Part shown: positions 47,479 through 61,817 of the stretch, in pieces
How the letters are laid out: each line of letters starts with the position of its first letter
Numbering within the stretch: position 1 is the first letter of the stretch
Assembly: GCF_009914755.1 (NCBI RefSeq)
Contig: NC_060929.1
Reading direction: 5' to 3' (one strand)
From: the human T2T-CHM13v2.0 reference genome, Homo sapiens
Length of the DNA: 64,000 bases
Made by a program: the position numbers and the translations under genes
The notes under the pieces: generated by a model
The model's database searches: none
What the model saw: only the letters and a program-made list of their open reading frames with translations
What the model was told of the DNA's origin: nothing

Positions 47479-47763
47479 CTCCTTGGCTGGGCAAAGTAGC
47501 TACTGTACCAGTTTGCCTCTGCCCGTTAATTTTTAACCAAATGCCCCAACACAGGCAAGTTAGTAAGGTTTGTCCACTGTCCTGGACATGTTCAGTATTA
47601 GATACATAGAACATATGCAAATGCTAGCATGTTCCTCTCTCTCCAGTGACTGTTCCCAAACTTCACCTTATTTTCATGATTGCAGGACATAACACAGAAC
47701 CCGAGGTACATGGACTTAATCACTGTACATCTCCACGCATGTGATACATGGTCTTACTAAAAA

Positions 47764-47888
47764 ATAGATAGATAGATAGATAGATAACAGATAATAGGCA
47801 GATGATAGATAACAGATGATAAATAAATATCAAATGATAGATAACAGATGATAGATGATAGATAACAGGTAATAGATAGATAGATATT

Positions 47889-47920
<32 letters not shown>

Positions 47921-47929
47921 GAGATAGAT
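47764..47929. repeat. compound microsatellite (GATA)n degenerate + (GA)n
   Basis: TAGA runs, GATAACAGATGAT units, long AG run. Confidence 0.95.
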
Positions 47930-47985
47930 GCTGTCTGTGCCAAATTTTTTTCTTGATTGAATACTCTAATTCCAAATTAGGAGAT

Positions 47986-48030
47986 TGCTTGATCAATTTC
48001 CCTGCCAATCATTCCTCCACAGGTAGGCAA
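47986..48030 (+). repeat. 45-bp dispersed direct repeat, copy A
   Basis: 42/45 identical to 49424-49468. Confidence 0.9.
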
Positions 48031-49423
48031 TCAAGGGTTCCAAATGAAAGCATATCATAATGAATATCTAACACAGTAGCAATTTGCAGTAGACTATAAA
48101 ACAGTAGCTAATACAGAATTCTGAGAGAAACTAATAGTGACAAGGAGAAAGCAAAAGACCTTCAGTTTCATAATGTAAACTCAAACTCAGATTTGCTTGC
48201 CTGAAAAGTATCAATGTAGGCACATCCTGAATGAATTATGTAGAGAAGGCAACCGTTTGGGAGTTAACAATGAGCCAGCATATAAGGAAAGATGGCAACA
48301 TAATTACTTCCATTCCTTTTCTATAATGGATTGGGCTGATTCAAATTCAACATATTTCATCAATTTTTTTTTTAACAATCACAAGTGATGGTATTTTTCC
48401 CTTTATTTGCTAACTCAGTAATTCTTTTGGGGGGTAAAATTTTGAGGAAATCACAAATGAAACAAAATCCCTGATCATGGGCTAATGCAGACCTAAGATG
48501 TTTTTGTATAAAATTAAGAACAGCCTTCGTATTTCTTCTTGCAGTTTTTAGCTGGAAGAAGCCTACCAGCACAAAAAGGATAAGCTTTAATAAATAGCTC
48601 TCCTTGTGACAATGTAGCACACATTGCTTCAATTATAGTTCTATTCTAGTACTGGGGGAGGGAAGGATCCGTCCTGGCAGCCAGAACCCTGCCCAAGAAA
48701 ATGTGATGATAACACAGGAAGGGGGCACCCCCTTAGCCAGCCAGATAAACTCTACCAGTCTGAGGCAGACTTCCCAGCAAGAAAATTCTCACATCCTCCT
48801 ATTCTAATAATAGAACCAAACTAGAGGAAGGGAGGAAGAAACATCTGTAGTTGTGTGCTAAATTCCTCAAGCCTCCAACACTTTTTGAGTCCCCTCCCTT
48901 TAATTAGAAGCATTTATGCGTCATTCCACAGTCTCTTTTTCCTTCCAACTATCGTCTAGTATGTCTTCTACTCTACAAATGATTTCTAACATTTCTTGTT
49001 ACAAAATGTTCCTGTGTGGAAAATGCTAATATTTCATGATGCAACTGACCCAACTCCACAGTGCAGTGTAGGATTCTGCAAACACCATCTTGTTATTCTC
49101 CGTAAATATCCCCCTTTCCTTCTTCTGGAGAAAATCTCAAGCTTCAATCACTGGGCCGTGAACCCGCCAAGACAGTGGCCTTTGAGTCAGTTTGAAAGAA
49201 CAAAAATGCCTAGAGCCCTTCCTCCCCAAAGAAACATGGGATTGACAAGAAACTCTTTAGTCTCTCAACATACTAACATACAAATTAAACACATTGTTTA
49301 ACACAAACTATACTTGCCCCATTAAAACTATCAGTCAAAAGACTCAGAACTAGCCAGGCTTGGTTCTTCTCCAAGCCAGACTTAAACACCAGCTCACAAG
49401 TTCCCACAACATCTGTTTCTAGA

Positions 49424-49468
49424 TGCTTGATCTATCTCCCTGCCAATCATTCCTCCACAGGCAGGCAA
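49424..49468 (+). repeat. 45-bp dispersed direct repeat, copy B
   Basis: 42/45 identical to 47986-48030. Confidence 0.9.
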
Positions 49469-49637
49469 AGGTGCCTTTTGAAGCTTCAAGGACTGATCTC
49501 AGGAGCATAGGATGGAGAACACACTCTCAAGGAGATGAAAAGCCCTTTTCAAGCCATGAGGGTGACCTCCTATAATGACCTTGACCCAAATGTTCTGGTG
49601 ATGGCTGCTTCATGGGGAGCAAAAGGAATACTGTCTT

Positions 49638-49832
49638 AATAATAATTTATTGTCTATTTCAAAATACGCAGAAAAATAGATTTATAATGTTTCTGACACA
49701 AAGTAATGATAAATGGTTGAGGTGATGCATACCCCAATTAGCCAGATTTGATCATTATATATTGTATATGCTTGTATCAAAATACTGCATGTGTTCCATA
49801 CATAGGTACAACTATAATATATCCATAAAACT
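49638..49832 (+). mobile_element. L1MA-type 3' end fragment
   Basis: AATAATTTATTGTCTATTTCAAAATA..AATGATAAATGGTTGAGGTGATG..GATTTGATCATTA..TGTATCAAAATA. Confidence 0.8.
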
Positions 49833-50476
49833 TTTTTTTAAAAGGATGCTTCCTGAAAAACTGAGGCAAACTGCACTAAGTGATATTTATATCTTTGTAT
49901 AACGCTGCAGAATGCTAGGAGTTCGTTCCACCATATTGACTAAATATACTTGCTAAGATAAGGTGTAACGATTCCATCTTTAACATTATAATAAAAAGAA
50001 ACACCCGGGAGACTTCTTATGAGCCTCTATTTGATAATATGCCATGTGTATTATATATACTTGGGTTACTTTTAACTGATTTTAACAACATAAAGGCAAA
50101 TTTTCAAGTAATTGCAATGTTTTAATAAGCTAATTTTTAAAATTTATATTATATGAACTTTTTTCCTACCATTGATTTTTTCCCCCAGACTCTGACACCC
50201 CTCCGTACTCTTTTTTCTATCTCCCGGACCATATTAATAAGGTTCAGCAATCATTGTTTGCTGATTGAGTTTGACTTCCCATGTAATGCTTTGGGCAACG
50301 GATATTTGCATGCAGAGAAATGTGGTCCTCTCCTTGGCTCACCACCTCACTGCCAGGAAACTACCCCTTCAAGAGCTGACTGACCAGGGATGGACAGTTA
50401 ACTCACTCCTCCAGTCCAAATAATATGTTCCTTATTCATATGTTTTTATTCAATCATTCATTCATATTTTCATAAT

Positions 50477-50526
50477 CTCTCTCTCCCTTACACACACTTA
50501 TACACACATACACACACACACACACG
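50477..50526. repeat. (CT)n/(CA)n microsatellite
   Basis: direct reading. Confidence 0.85.
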
Positions 50527-51388
50527 TGAATTTTTATAATTAAGTATATAAAGACTGAAAAATGGCAAATTCATCTTGGCAAATACCCAAAGTAAAGCCC
50601 ATCAGCAGAGAATAAGAAACACTGAGTGATAAGATAGCTGAGAGTCCCCTGAGATCTTGGCCTTGGGCCGGGCTCCTTCTGCACCTTGGACCAGAACTGG
50701 CTTTGGACTCTTCAATCTTTGAACACATTTCCTTTTTTAGTTACAGGCAAAACAATCATAAGCAAATGCTGTCCGTCACTGTTTTCCTACATGTACCCAA
50801 TGCATTGAGGGAGATAACATACACTCCTGGGGTGGCCAGGAATGCAGAGGACCAGAAGCGAATGGGTCAATTAGCCACTAACCCTCCCCCGTCCACCTGC
50901 ACTTCCTCCAGAGACATAGGCAAGTGTGCACTTGAGCACAAGTACATGCACACATGTGTACGATGGATACAGACATTCATCTTTATATTAACCCAGGCAG
51001 CAGCATGATCCGAAAAATGCCATCTATATTAACATCATCAGCTAGGGTTAATTGAATATCTGTTAAGTAACTTTGGTGTCAGCAAAAGTATCAAATTCTA
51101 TTTTTAGACATCACATAATACAATAGATATTATTCAGTTTAAGCAGAATAGACACTACATCCTTTCATATATACATAATTCCTAAAGCTGAGTATTTCTT
51201 TGTACATTGCAATTATTTTTAGAGGAATGTAACTAAAACTTTTCCCTAAATATGATTTAAATAATAATTTAAATGTCAAAAATATTTTAATCTTATCCAT
51301 TGCAAGAATTTATAATTTATAAACCTTTAAAAATTATATTCTTCTGAAATAAATTATATCAATTTTCTAATGTTATGTTACCCTAGTA

Positions 51389-51611
51389 CAGGACTTGGCA
51401 AACTATAGTCAGCAGGCCAAATCAGGCCTACCACCTATTATTATAAATAAAGTTTTATTAAAACTCAGCCATCCATATTCATATACTTATTGTCTATAGC
51501 CGGCTTTGTACCATCATGGCAGAGTTGATGAGCCATACCAGAGATCACGTGGCCTGCAAAGTCTCTGCATTTACTATCTGGCCCTGTACAGAAAATGTTT
51601 GCAAAGTCTTG
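51389..51611 (+). mobile_element. MER58A hAT-Charlie DNA transposon
   Basis: GGCAAACTAT..GGCCAAATC..AAATAAAGTTTTATT..TTTACTATCTGGCCCT..ACAGAAAATGTTTGC. Confidence 0.85.
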
Positions 51612-53207
51612 CTCTAGCCAAATATGGCAAAGTAACTTAAAAATTATTTCCCTCAAGCCCTAATTTTTAAAAAATAAAATGTCATCATGTTCAACCAAAC
51701 TCAATAGATTCTGAATATCCTTCCAGATATTCTGAATATTCTGAATACCAGAATAGTAGATTCTGAATATTGCTGTCTTCAAAAACACTTATGGATTAAG
51801 AGGATAAGCAAGCAAATGTATAAGATAAATGTAAAAGAGACACATGACATATCTAAAATAGAATTAAAAGCACTTCACAAAACTGGGAAAATATTAAAAT
51901 ATGTTTTAGGATACTTTATGAATCAAGGGTTCTATAGGAATTACGTGACACCATCACATAAGATAATTTGAAGAAGGCTTGACAAGACAACTATCAACAA
52001 AGACACAGGTGTGGAAGAGGCAAACACAAGAGTTCCCAGTGGCTACTAAGGGGCCCAAAGGAATGCTGGGGGATAAAGGGTCATAAAGGGAGAGCCAGGT
52101 GGGTGTGGCTGCTGCGGTGTGAGGCCAGGGCCACAGCCAGTCCCAGGTAACCCAGTGGCAGCCAGTGGTGGGAATCGCAGCTCGGACTTCCCTCCCCTTT
52201 CTCCCACAGGCCTTCCAAGGACCTTTTCCATGGCCCTATCCAGCTGGCCGCGAGAGGGCACAGGGGCATGACAGCAGTCATAGAAGCTTCCCAGTACAGA
52301 GGCAGAAACAGACGCTGGGAGGGGCAAGAGAAAATAGCCAGCAGGAGTTCACTTTCTTTCGAAGATGATAAAACAGGAGAAAATAAATGTGAAACTGTTC
52401 TCTACAGTGTTTATATTTCTAGCCAAGAACACTCTCATGAATGAAATTCATTTTCTAAAATTAGGGCAATGCTAAGAATAAGTCTTTTCTCCAACATTAA
52501 AATAAAAATAAATTTACCAAAAAATGGTTGCATAATGAAGTGGCTGGAACCAAAATGTAGTCTTGGTAAGATTAAGCCCACAGTAGCTAATGTACAAGTT
52601 GTAAACTATATCTCATTCATATCATGTTGATATTTGAAAGAAGTAGAAATGAGGACACACAAAAAAAAGGAAAGCATTTTTACCTCATCCTTCAAACAAA
52701 AACAAAAGTATTTTTTCTCCCAAAATGATTTTTAAATTAAATGCTTCTTTTGTCAGAAAGTGAATCCTAGCGTAGTGACATTGCCATTGATGGTTTAAGC
52801 CTATTAGAGACCTGTGTTGCTCACGAAACATGTTGAATAGGACTCTAACAGTATTTTCACAAATGTTTTTCTCCCACATCCTCATCAATGAGATCTGGCA
52901 TTTACTTCCAATCAGTGTATATGTCTTCATTTATATATTATAAACACATACAGCTGTGCATGTATATAAGTATATTTTAAATACAGTATACACATCTGAA
53001 AATAATGACATCAAGATAAAATGATTGATATTATAAAGTAAATATTATGTTATAGTCTGATTTAACAAAACTTTTTAAACTTAGTGCAATAATTTATGAT
53101 AGAATGAATTAAAATTCTGTTTTCTACATTCAATTTATATTAATTTTTAGTTTAAAAACTTCTATAACTGAAGTGGACACCTCAAACAGATATATAAATC
53201 CAATTTC

Positions 53208-53460
<253 letters not shown>

Positions 53461-53831
53461 AAATCCAATTACATCATTGGCTGTTTTTAATAAATTTTGA
53501 TATACTACTTTTTCAACTTCATCTGCCAATTAGACAATGTTTTTTGTTGAAATTTGCCAAGCACATTTTCATCTTCACTGATGTCAATATCTTGTGCTCA
53601 AAAATTTATCAGAAAGATTAAAAAATGAGCTTAAAGTCCACTGAAACTTCCCTTTTGGGAGTTTTAAAAAAGGGTTAAAAGTACACATAAGACATTTCAA
53701 AAGTGAATTTTCTAAATTTATATATTTAAAAATCAGGTAAGATTGTTATTATAGTGATTGTTGAGCATCATCATTAACAACCAATTCACATAAGGACAGA
53801 AATCTTCTGAGGTATCTGATTTAAAAATTAC

Positions 53832-54278
53832 TTTTAATTTTTTTATTTCAATAGGTTTTTTGGAAACAGGTGGTGTTTGGTTATATGAATAAGTTTTTTC
53901 GTGGTGATTTCTGAGATTTTGGGGGCACCTATCACCCAAGCAGGCTACACTGTACCCAATGTGTAGTCTTTTATCCCTCACCCCCTCCCACCCTTTCCTC
54001 TTAGTCCTCAAAGTCCATTGTATCGTTCTTATGCCTTTGAATAATTATAGTTAAGCACTCCCATTATGAGTGAGAACATATGATGTTTGGTTTTCCATTC
54101 CTGAGTTACTTCACTTAGAATAATGGTTTCCAGGTCCATGCAGCTTGCTGTAAATGCCATTATTTCATTCATTTTTATGATATACATATATATACACTAC
54201 ATTTTCTTTATCTACTTGTTGACTGATGGGCATTTGGATTGGTTCAATATTTTTGCAGTTGAGTATTGTGCTGCTATA
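53832..54278 (-). mobile_element. L1PB (L1PB2-like) 3' end
   Basis: TTTATTTCAATAGGTTTTT..GTGGTGATTTCTGAGATTTTGG..TTCCATTCCTGAGTTACTTCACTTAGAATAAT. Confidence 0.85.
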
Positions 54279-54889
54279 TTGCATGAGTTTCTTTTGGAAA
54301 GCAATTACGGTCTCATTAATTGTGAAACAAGACAATTTCTTTTCTACAGGTACCTACTATTCATCATACTATTAAAAATAACAGGAAGTTCAGCAAATTT
54401 AGATCCCTTATATCTTAAAAAAGGAGAAATAGGTACATAGAGATGATAGCGCTAGATATACAGAAACATTGATATATGTGTATATACATACACATCCATT
54501 GACGTTAAGCTTCACAATTTTTCAATATCTTAAATTAATGACAGCTCTTTAAATATGTTGCCACTAGGTATCCAGAGACCCTCCCTATAAAACAGAAAAT
54601 AATGGTTCTTTCCCACCTCATTTCAAAACATTATAAATACTCTCCCATGTTAAATAACATAACACAAAAATGCACTTTACTGGAACTTGTAAGTCAAAAC
54701 CCTTCCAATATTTCCCTGATTCCCTCAGGATGCCTTAGAAACTCACTTTGGCATGTGTCAGAGCTTGACATATTGAGCAAGTGAGGCACCAGCATCAACT
54801 TACATTTTAATATTAGTACATTTTACATTGCTGTGGTATAAACATTCTAGAAACAGAATTTCCCATTTTCTTTCCATCCGTCTCTTGAG

Positions 54890-55025
54890 ATCACTGCTAT
54901 TGACTCTAGACTACCTGCTTCAGAATCACATTTAGATGTTTGCTAAAAATGGTCGTTCTTGGCCACTGGAGTCAGAATCAATGAGAAGTGGAGTCACAAA
55001 ACCCAGAGTTTAAACAAGTTCTGGA
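54890..55025. mobile_element. MER5-like hAT fragment
   Basis: TCAGAATCAC..TTTGCTAAAAAT..TCAGAATC..TTTAAACAAG. Confidence 0.45.
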
Positions 55026-55369
55026 TGCGGCAGATTTTGCACTTCGCGGATGGTCCCAGCAGCATGTCCCCCACAGGCTCTCCTGCATGCAACCTGCTGG
55101 TCATCCATCCACAACTGGAGTCTATTTCTCTACCACCTTGGATTCTGGAAAGCCTAACTCCTTTGACCAATAAAATATGACCGAAGAGCTCCTTTGCCAG
55201 TTCCAGGCATGGCCTTAACTGGCCTGGAAGCTTCATTTCCAGTCTCTTGAAGGCAGGTGCCATGTAAGAAGTTCAGCCATCCAGAGACCACCATGTTAGG
55301 AGAGAATAAAGAGATGACATGGTGGGTAAAATGACAAATGGAGAAGAAAGGAGGATGTAGAAGCAGGAA

Positions 55370-55404
<35 letters not shown>

Positions 55405-55681
55405 AAGGAGACAGAGACAGATACCAAGGAGCAATGGCATGCAGTCCCTGTGAGTGGATCAACCACCTTGAATATGGAACCTCCAGTCCAAGCAGCCTCA
55501 TCTGATGCCAACACAATCATAAACAAACTTCTCAGCCAAGTTCTTTTTTTTTTTTTTTTTGACTTTTGGAATTTTGGAATTTTGGAATTCCTGATCAACA
55601 AAATTGTGAGCAAAATAAAACGGTTGTTTTAAATCACTATGTTTTGTGGTGCTGATTAGGTAGCAATTAATAACTGAAACA
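55026..55681 (+). mobile_element. MaLR LTR, MLT1G/H-like, with internal (GA)n and poly-T
   Basis: TTTGACCAATAAAAT..GCCAGTTCCAGGC..CCATGTAAGAAG..GTTGTTTTAAATCACTA..ATAACTGAAACA. Confidence 0.75.
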
Positions 55682-56099
55682 AGAAGTCATTATTTTGCTA
55701 CAAGTAAGGATGTCTAGTCAAGATTCTCTCCCTGCCCATCCCAAGTCTCCATACAGGAAGCCCCATTCCCCTACCTGGGATTTGCGGTGAGGCTGCAGCC
55801 CTAGAAAGATGGCTGGCTGTCACCCCTGCCTCAGGAGTCCTCGAGGCTACTTTTGGTCAACACTATAACTGAAGCAGAAGCAACAGTGGCATTTAGAAGA
55901 TGTCAAACATGGAAATAATGACTTCTTGGACTTATACAAGTATTTAACCCTCCTTTCCCTTTGTTGAATGCCTGACATCCCACGTTTGTAAATCAATTCT
56001 GTGAATCCTCCAGCCCATTTATGGTCCATAACTTAAATTGCATCAAATAATTTCAAACACGGTAGTTACCAGTATATACTTGATTTATAAAATTCACAG

Positions 56100-56275
56100 T
56101 TATAACAATATGTTAACTCGTTTACTCAATCTAAAACCTTAAGGAAAACATTACTATTATTCCTGAGAGGGAACTGAAATACAGTGAGATTAAGTAACTT
56201 GCCCGAGGACACACACCCAGTAAGTTGAGGCAGTGGCTACTCAGATCATATATCCCCAAACCCTCTTCATTACTG
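56100..56275 (-). mobile_element. MIR SINE
   Basis: GAGATTAAGTAACTTGCCCGAGGACACAC. Confidence 0.6.
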
Positions 56276-56546
56276 TCTTCAGTTATTAATACAGAAATTG
56301 TAGTTAGGATGTCAGGTAAATAAATGGTGAATTTCCATAAACCAAAGGGAATTTACAGAAATATTAACTATTCTAAAATTCTTTCCAAGTTTAAACAATC
56401 AATTTTCATGGTGATTTATTCAATAAAAGCTGCAAAAAAAACCATGTTTGTTTGAAAATACACACTCAAGTCCATACAAAGAAAAAAATCAACTGTTTAG
56501 ATTATATGAGTAATTCAAAAGGTGAAGCAGTTTCTATTGTGTAGAC

Positions 56547-56768
56547 CAGGGTTTCTCAACCAGGTGCGATTTTGCACCCCAGGGAACACGTGGAAGTGTC
56601 TAGAGACAGCTTTGGTTGTCATTACTAGTATGTGTGGGGTGTGCTACTGGCATCTAGGGGTACAGGCCAAGGATGCTGTTAAACATCCTACACTGCACAG
56701 GACAGAACCCCCATGACCAAGAATTATCTGGCCCAAAACATCAATAGTGTGCAGGTGCAGAAACCCTG
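56547..56768 (+). mobile_element. MER20 hAT-Charlie DNA transposon
   Basis: TIRs CAGGGTTTCTC / GAAACCCTG; TGCTACTGGCATCTAG, AAGAATTATCTGGCCCAAAA. Confidence 0.9.
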
Positions 56769-59369
56769 ATGCGAAACGTGATCGAGGCGTTTCTTCTGCC
56801 CTGATCATCCTTTCTTGTGGTCATCTCCTCTCCCTGCTCTGAGCCTTGGTAGCACTGTTTCATATCCCACACTGAATACCTTATGATGGCACTGCCACTA
56901 CCACTGTTCATTTTTCAGGTCCATAAATCTTATCTTGTCAACTGGAACGTGAGCTGCTAGAGAGCTCTCAGGTCTCTCTCTCTCTCTCTCCTGGAAGAAT
57001 GTAGTGCAAGGAGGTGGCATCTGATATCTTTTTGTCAACACGGTTTATAATTTCTAATTTCTTGAATACTTGAAATGAAATACTCAAAGCCATCCAGGTA
57101 ACTGCCTCCTTCTGAGAAAATGTCTTCCTTGAGTGTCTTTTACTTCTTAAGGGTTTAAGAAGCCATCTCCTCACCCAGGGCCATATGAAAAATAAACTTC
57201 CCTTTGTTTTAATTTCCAAGAGGAAGTTATCACCAAGGGACACAAACTTGAACTTTTGAACATGGAATGGTCAACATTCCAGCTTTTATACTCACTGTAT
57301 GGACAATCAGTAATTGCTGCTTTTTAACAGTAGGAATAAATCTAATACATGTTATTAAATTCTGCATATTTTGTCACAGTTTGTGTTTGTGTAATTTTCC
57401 TTTCATGCCTGTTGCACTTGTGTTATTTGATCATCTAATTTCTCTTTTACTTTTCTTTCTCCTCCTCCAAAATGGAGGCTTATTTACATCAATTATTGAT
57501 CTGCCATATGTCTAATTTAGCCCTATGTCCAGTACTTGAACTAGAGAAACTGTTAAACCAAATTAGTAATAATGTTTAGGCTAGAGGTGGAGGGGATATT
57601 GGGTAGGTACTTTTTGCAAAAGTGAATACATAATTAAATAAAAAATAGTAATACTGTTGGTGGCCACATTAGCTGTAAACTAACATAGAGAAAAGAAATA
57701 ATGAGCAATTGGTTCCTTTCTTTGTAAGATCCCAATTGCAGTCCATACAGTTATCCTCCATGACTTATCACAGGGTAGTCCCTCTGCCAATAGTGGTATA
57801 AGTGAATTGAAAACACATTACATTTTAATTAATCATTTAATTAAAGGAAAAAGAGAGACATGAAAATGAAACAGGGAACAAAAGCTCAGGTCACATACAG
57901 CAATGGGTGATCTCCAAATCTTGTCTCCCTGTCTTTGAAATAAGACCAGACAGCATTTGGCCTTCCGGTACATCGTCACCTCCCCTCTCAGCTCGGCTGC
58001 AGCCACTCAAGGTTTGGGACTTCAAAGTGCCATGACTCCTCATAGGCATTAAGCCTACAGTATAAGCCCCAGCACCCCCAACCTGCCTCACTCTGTGGAC
58101 TTGCACACAACCATGGGCCGCTTTCCATCCACATCATCAAAGCTGTCCAAAAATGGGGCAGGGGACCCTGGCCTTCGTTTCAAAAATTACAGTTCTGCCA
58201 GATGCCACGAGATGGATGCTAAAACCCTGTTCCTTCCTGGATTCCCCTGCCTGCTCCTCACACAAATATGGATGTCATGCCTCTTTCATGTCAACACCTA
58301 TTGTGCTGAACTCTACACTTGGAATGTCTCAATACCTAGTGCTGTCCTTATACCTTGACGAAAACTCTCCCTAGATTTACTGAGCACTCTACTTGCTTAA
58401 CCACTCAGAATCCAAACACAACATATGTCATCTGCTTTGTCCAGGGAATTGGACTTCTAAACACTTCCCCCATGGAGAAGATAATCCACTCTTCCTTTAC
58501 ACTGAGAGGTCTCAATGAAGAAATGGCTTCCAAACCAGCCAATAATCCAGCCCCATTTTCACATCTACCTGATTCAACAATTCATTCATTCATTCATTAT
58601 GTCTCTCACTCATTCACTTTCACTTGGTCTGTTTTCCTCCTTCATCCCTCCCCTCCTTCTCTTCCACCACCAGAATTCTCAATTAGCCTTTCAAATACCC
58701 ACAAGAAAGTCCCACTGTAATCCTCACCATCACTCAAGGTCACTAGCGCCAAAGCACAACTTCCTGTCTTCCATCCCTATAACTGGCCTACACATCCAGA
58801 CCCTCAAAACCCACTCTCCCTGCTACTCTCCAGTGCTTCTGGGATCGGATACACTATTTTCATAGCCCCTGTCAGGGTCCATTCCCACAAAGTATGACTC
58901 ACAACAGGCTCCAGAGCTCTAGTTTCCCAGGGTTCATGTTCAAAGTAGGGATTCCCGCTACCCCAAATTCTTATTCAGTAAGCATAAAAAGGATTTGGGG
59001 ATTTCCATTATTAAAAGTCCATTTGGGTGAATCTGATGATCAACACATTCTAGAACTCCTGTGCTCAAAAGACAGTAAGCCTCTCATCCTAACTGCCTTT
59101 TGTAATGCTGATGCTATTGACAGAGGCAGTGCCTAGGATTAAACTCCCCTTTGTGAGTTGGAATTCTGGTTTGCAAACTCCATCTACTTTTCAAAATTAA
59201 GTGAACAAAGAGAAAGATGGGAAGCCAAATAATTCACACTGAATGTTTGAATCTTAGGCTGGGCAGAATTTGATAGTTGTCTAGGTGGTACATGGGAGTG
59301 ACTGGGGAGAAGGACGAGTGATGGGGAAGGAGGAGGAGGAGGAGGATTTTCTACTCTTCAGAGCTTATG

Positions 59370-59600
59370 GCAGAAAGTTATCAGCATGTGAGCTGGAGCC
59401 AGGTGGTCTGAGAGCTAATCTGGAATGCACCAAGGCTGCAGATACTTGATGCTGACCTGATTTCCTCATGCAAAATCAGGATAAAGATGATACCTATCAA
59501 ATATAAGCACTGATAAGATTAAATGGAATAATGCATGCTGAGCTCTTACCATAAAGCTGGATATAAAATAATAACTCAATATTAGCTATGATCATCATTA
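59370..59600 (+). mobile_element. MIR SINE
   Basis: TTTCCTCATGCAAAAT..AAGATTAAATGGAATAATGCATG..ATTAGCTAT. Confidence 0.6.
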
Positions 59601-60935
59601 TATGCATAAGATTTAGGAAAACTTAACCTCTTTATTTTGTTATATATCTTCAGAGAATTACATTGTACACATCCAGACGACCTGAGTGGAAATCATTGTT
59701 CTCATCCAAATATCACCCAATGCTTTCTTTAATTCTAGGTAGAATAATCAAAAAAGACACTTTGTCTCCATATGCCAAATAACAGCCCCAATCAGCCAGT
59801 GGAACAACCAGATAATTACTTATCAACTAAGGGGTATTTTAATGTGATGCATGATAACTAAGGACTTAAAATCACAAATACAATCATGCCAATTTTTAAA
59901 GGGATGTGTAACTGGGGCAAGAAAATAGAGAGTTGAACCCCACAGAAGGAAAGAAATAGAATCTAAAAATATCAGTTATTTTAAAAGTTCAATAAAGGCT
60001 ATTAGTGTATAAAATGTATAATTAATTTACTATCTGTATATCCGTTTACAGGCTTATCATATCTTTGAGGTTGATCTATAAATCTTCAAATATATTAATT
60101 ATATTTAACCAGCTGTGGTAAACTGCGATTTGTCAAAAACTGGTAAAACACTGTTTTCTTTTTAAAGCAGCTAAATGTAATATATTTATAATGAGCCCTT
60201 CTTGCATCAGCTATAAGTACATGATGTGACATAATTTATAACTATAAATATACATTTTATATGTAAATAGAAAAGTCTCTGTATTCTATTTGAAATACTG
60301 TACTTTTCACAAATGCATTGCTTAACAATTAATGTGGTCAAATCTTATAATGCCAAAATGTTTTTTAATTATGTATTTCATACCTTTATGCTCAAGCTTA
60401 ATTTGGTTACCTGTTATTCTCTAATTACAAAAAGGAATCTTCATTTAAGAAAGTCTTGGACCAAATATAAAACATCATTCAGAAAGCAGGCTGGTCAAAA
60501 AGTAAAAGCTTATGGTTTCTAAATTTCAGGATTTCTTTATGAAAAAATGTCTTCTGTAGTATTTTACAATTTTTAAATTTCAGGATTTGTACAGGCAGTA
60601 GTAACAGGCAGGAAAGGAGGGTAAGGGGAAGGAGAAACAGCATATTTCCTACAGGTGAGACATTATGCTCCAAACTGATCTCAAAAAAAAAAAAAAAAAG
60701 ATATAAAAACATTTCCTTAGGGAGCTTTAATGGATTACTGAGTTACTATGGGCGGAAACTTCTTGATCTCTTTCTGGGAGACAACCAAAAAGGTGCAGCT
60801 AAAGCTCAGAGAAGAAAATCAGCATGGCTGAGCTTCCATTATGAGAAAATACATGAAAACAGTATTGGATGGTGGTCACCCAAGAAAATGCAATAATAGC
60901 TGAATGTTGGAAAGTGACAAATTCAACCTAAAAAA

Positions 60936-61005
60936 ATACATATATATATACATATACATATGTATATACACATACATATGTATATACACATACATACACA
61001 CATAC
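60936..61005. repeat. (TA)n/(CA)n low-complexity repeat
   Basis: direct reading, includes CATACATATGTATATACA-type units. Confidence 0.85.
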
Positions 61006-61078
61006 TTTTTCCTAAGTTTTTTTTCTATCGACTCAAATATTTCACAAAGGGGGAATTACGCCTGCAGGAGCACATAGC

Positions 61079-61729
<651 letters not shown>

Positions 61730-61817
61730 CACACAAATACACATAGAGTTAAAGAATATATAGCTATAAAGTTAGGTGACCAAAATGTCCTCTAGTCATC
61801 AAAAATTATACTAATGT

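Noticed and set aside
47764-47929. Repeat-spacer-like appearance of GATAACAGATGAT units
   Set aside because: Degenerate GATA microsatellite; not CRISPR-like, eukaryotic context, no cas genes.
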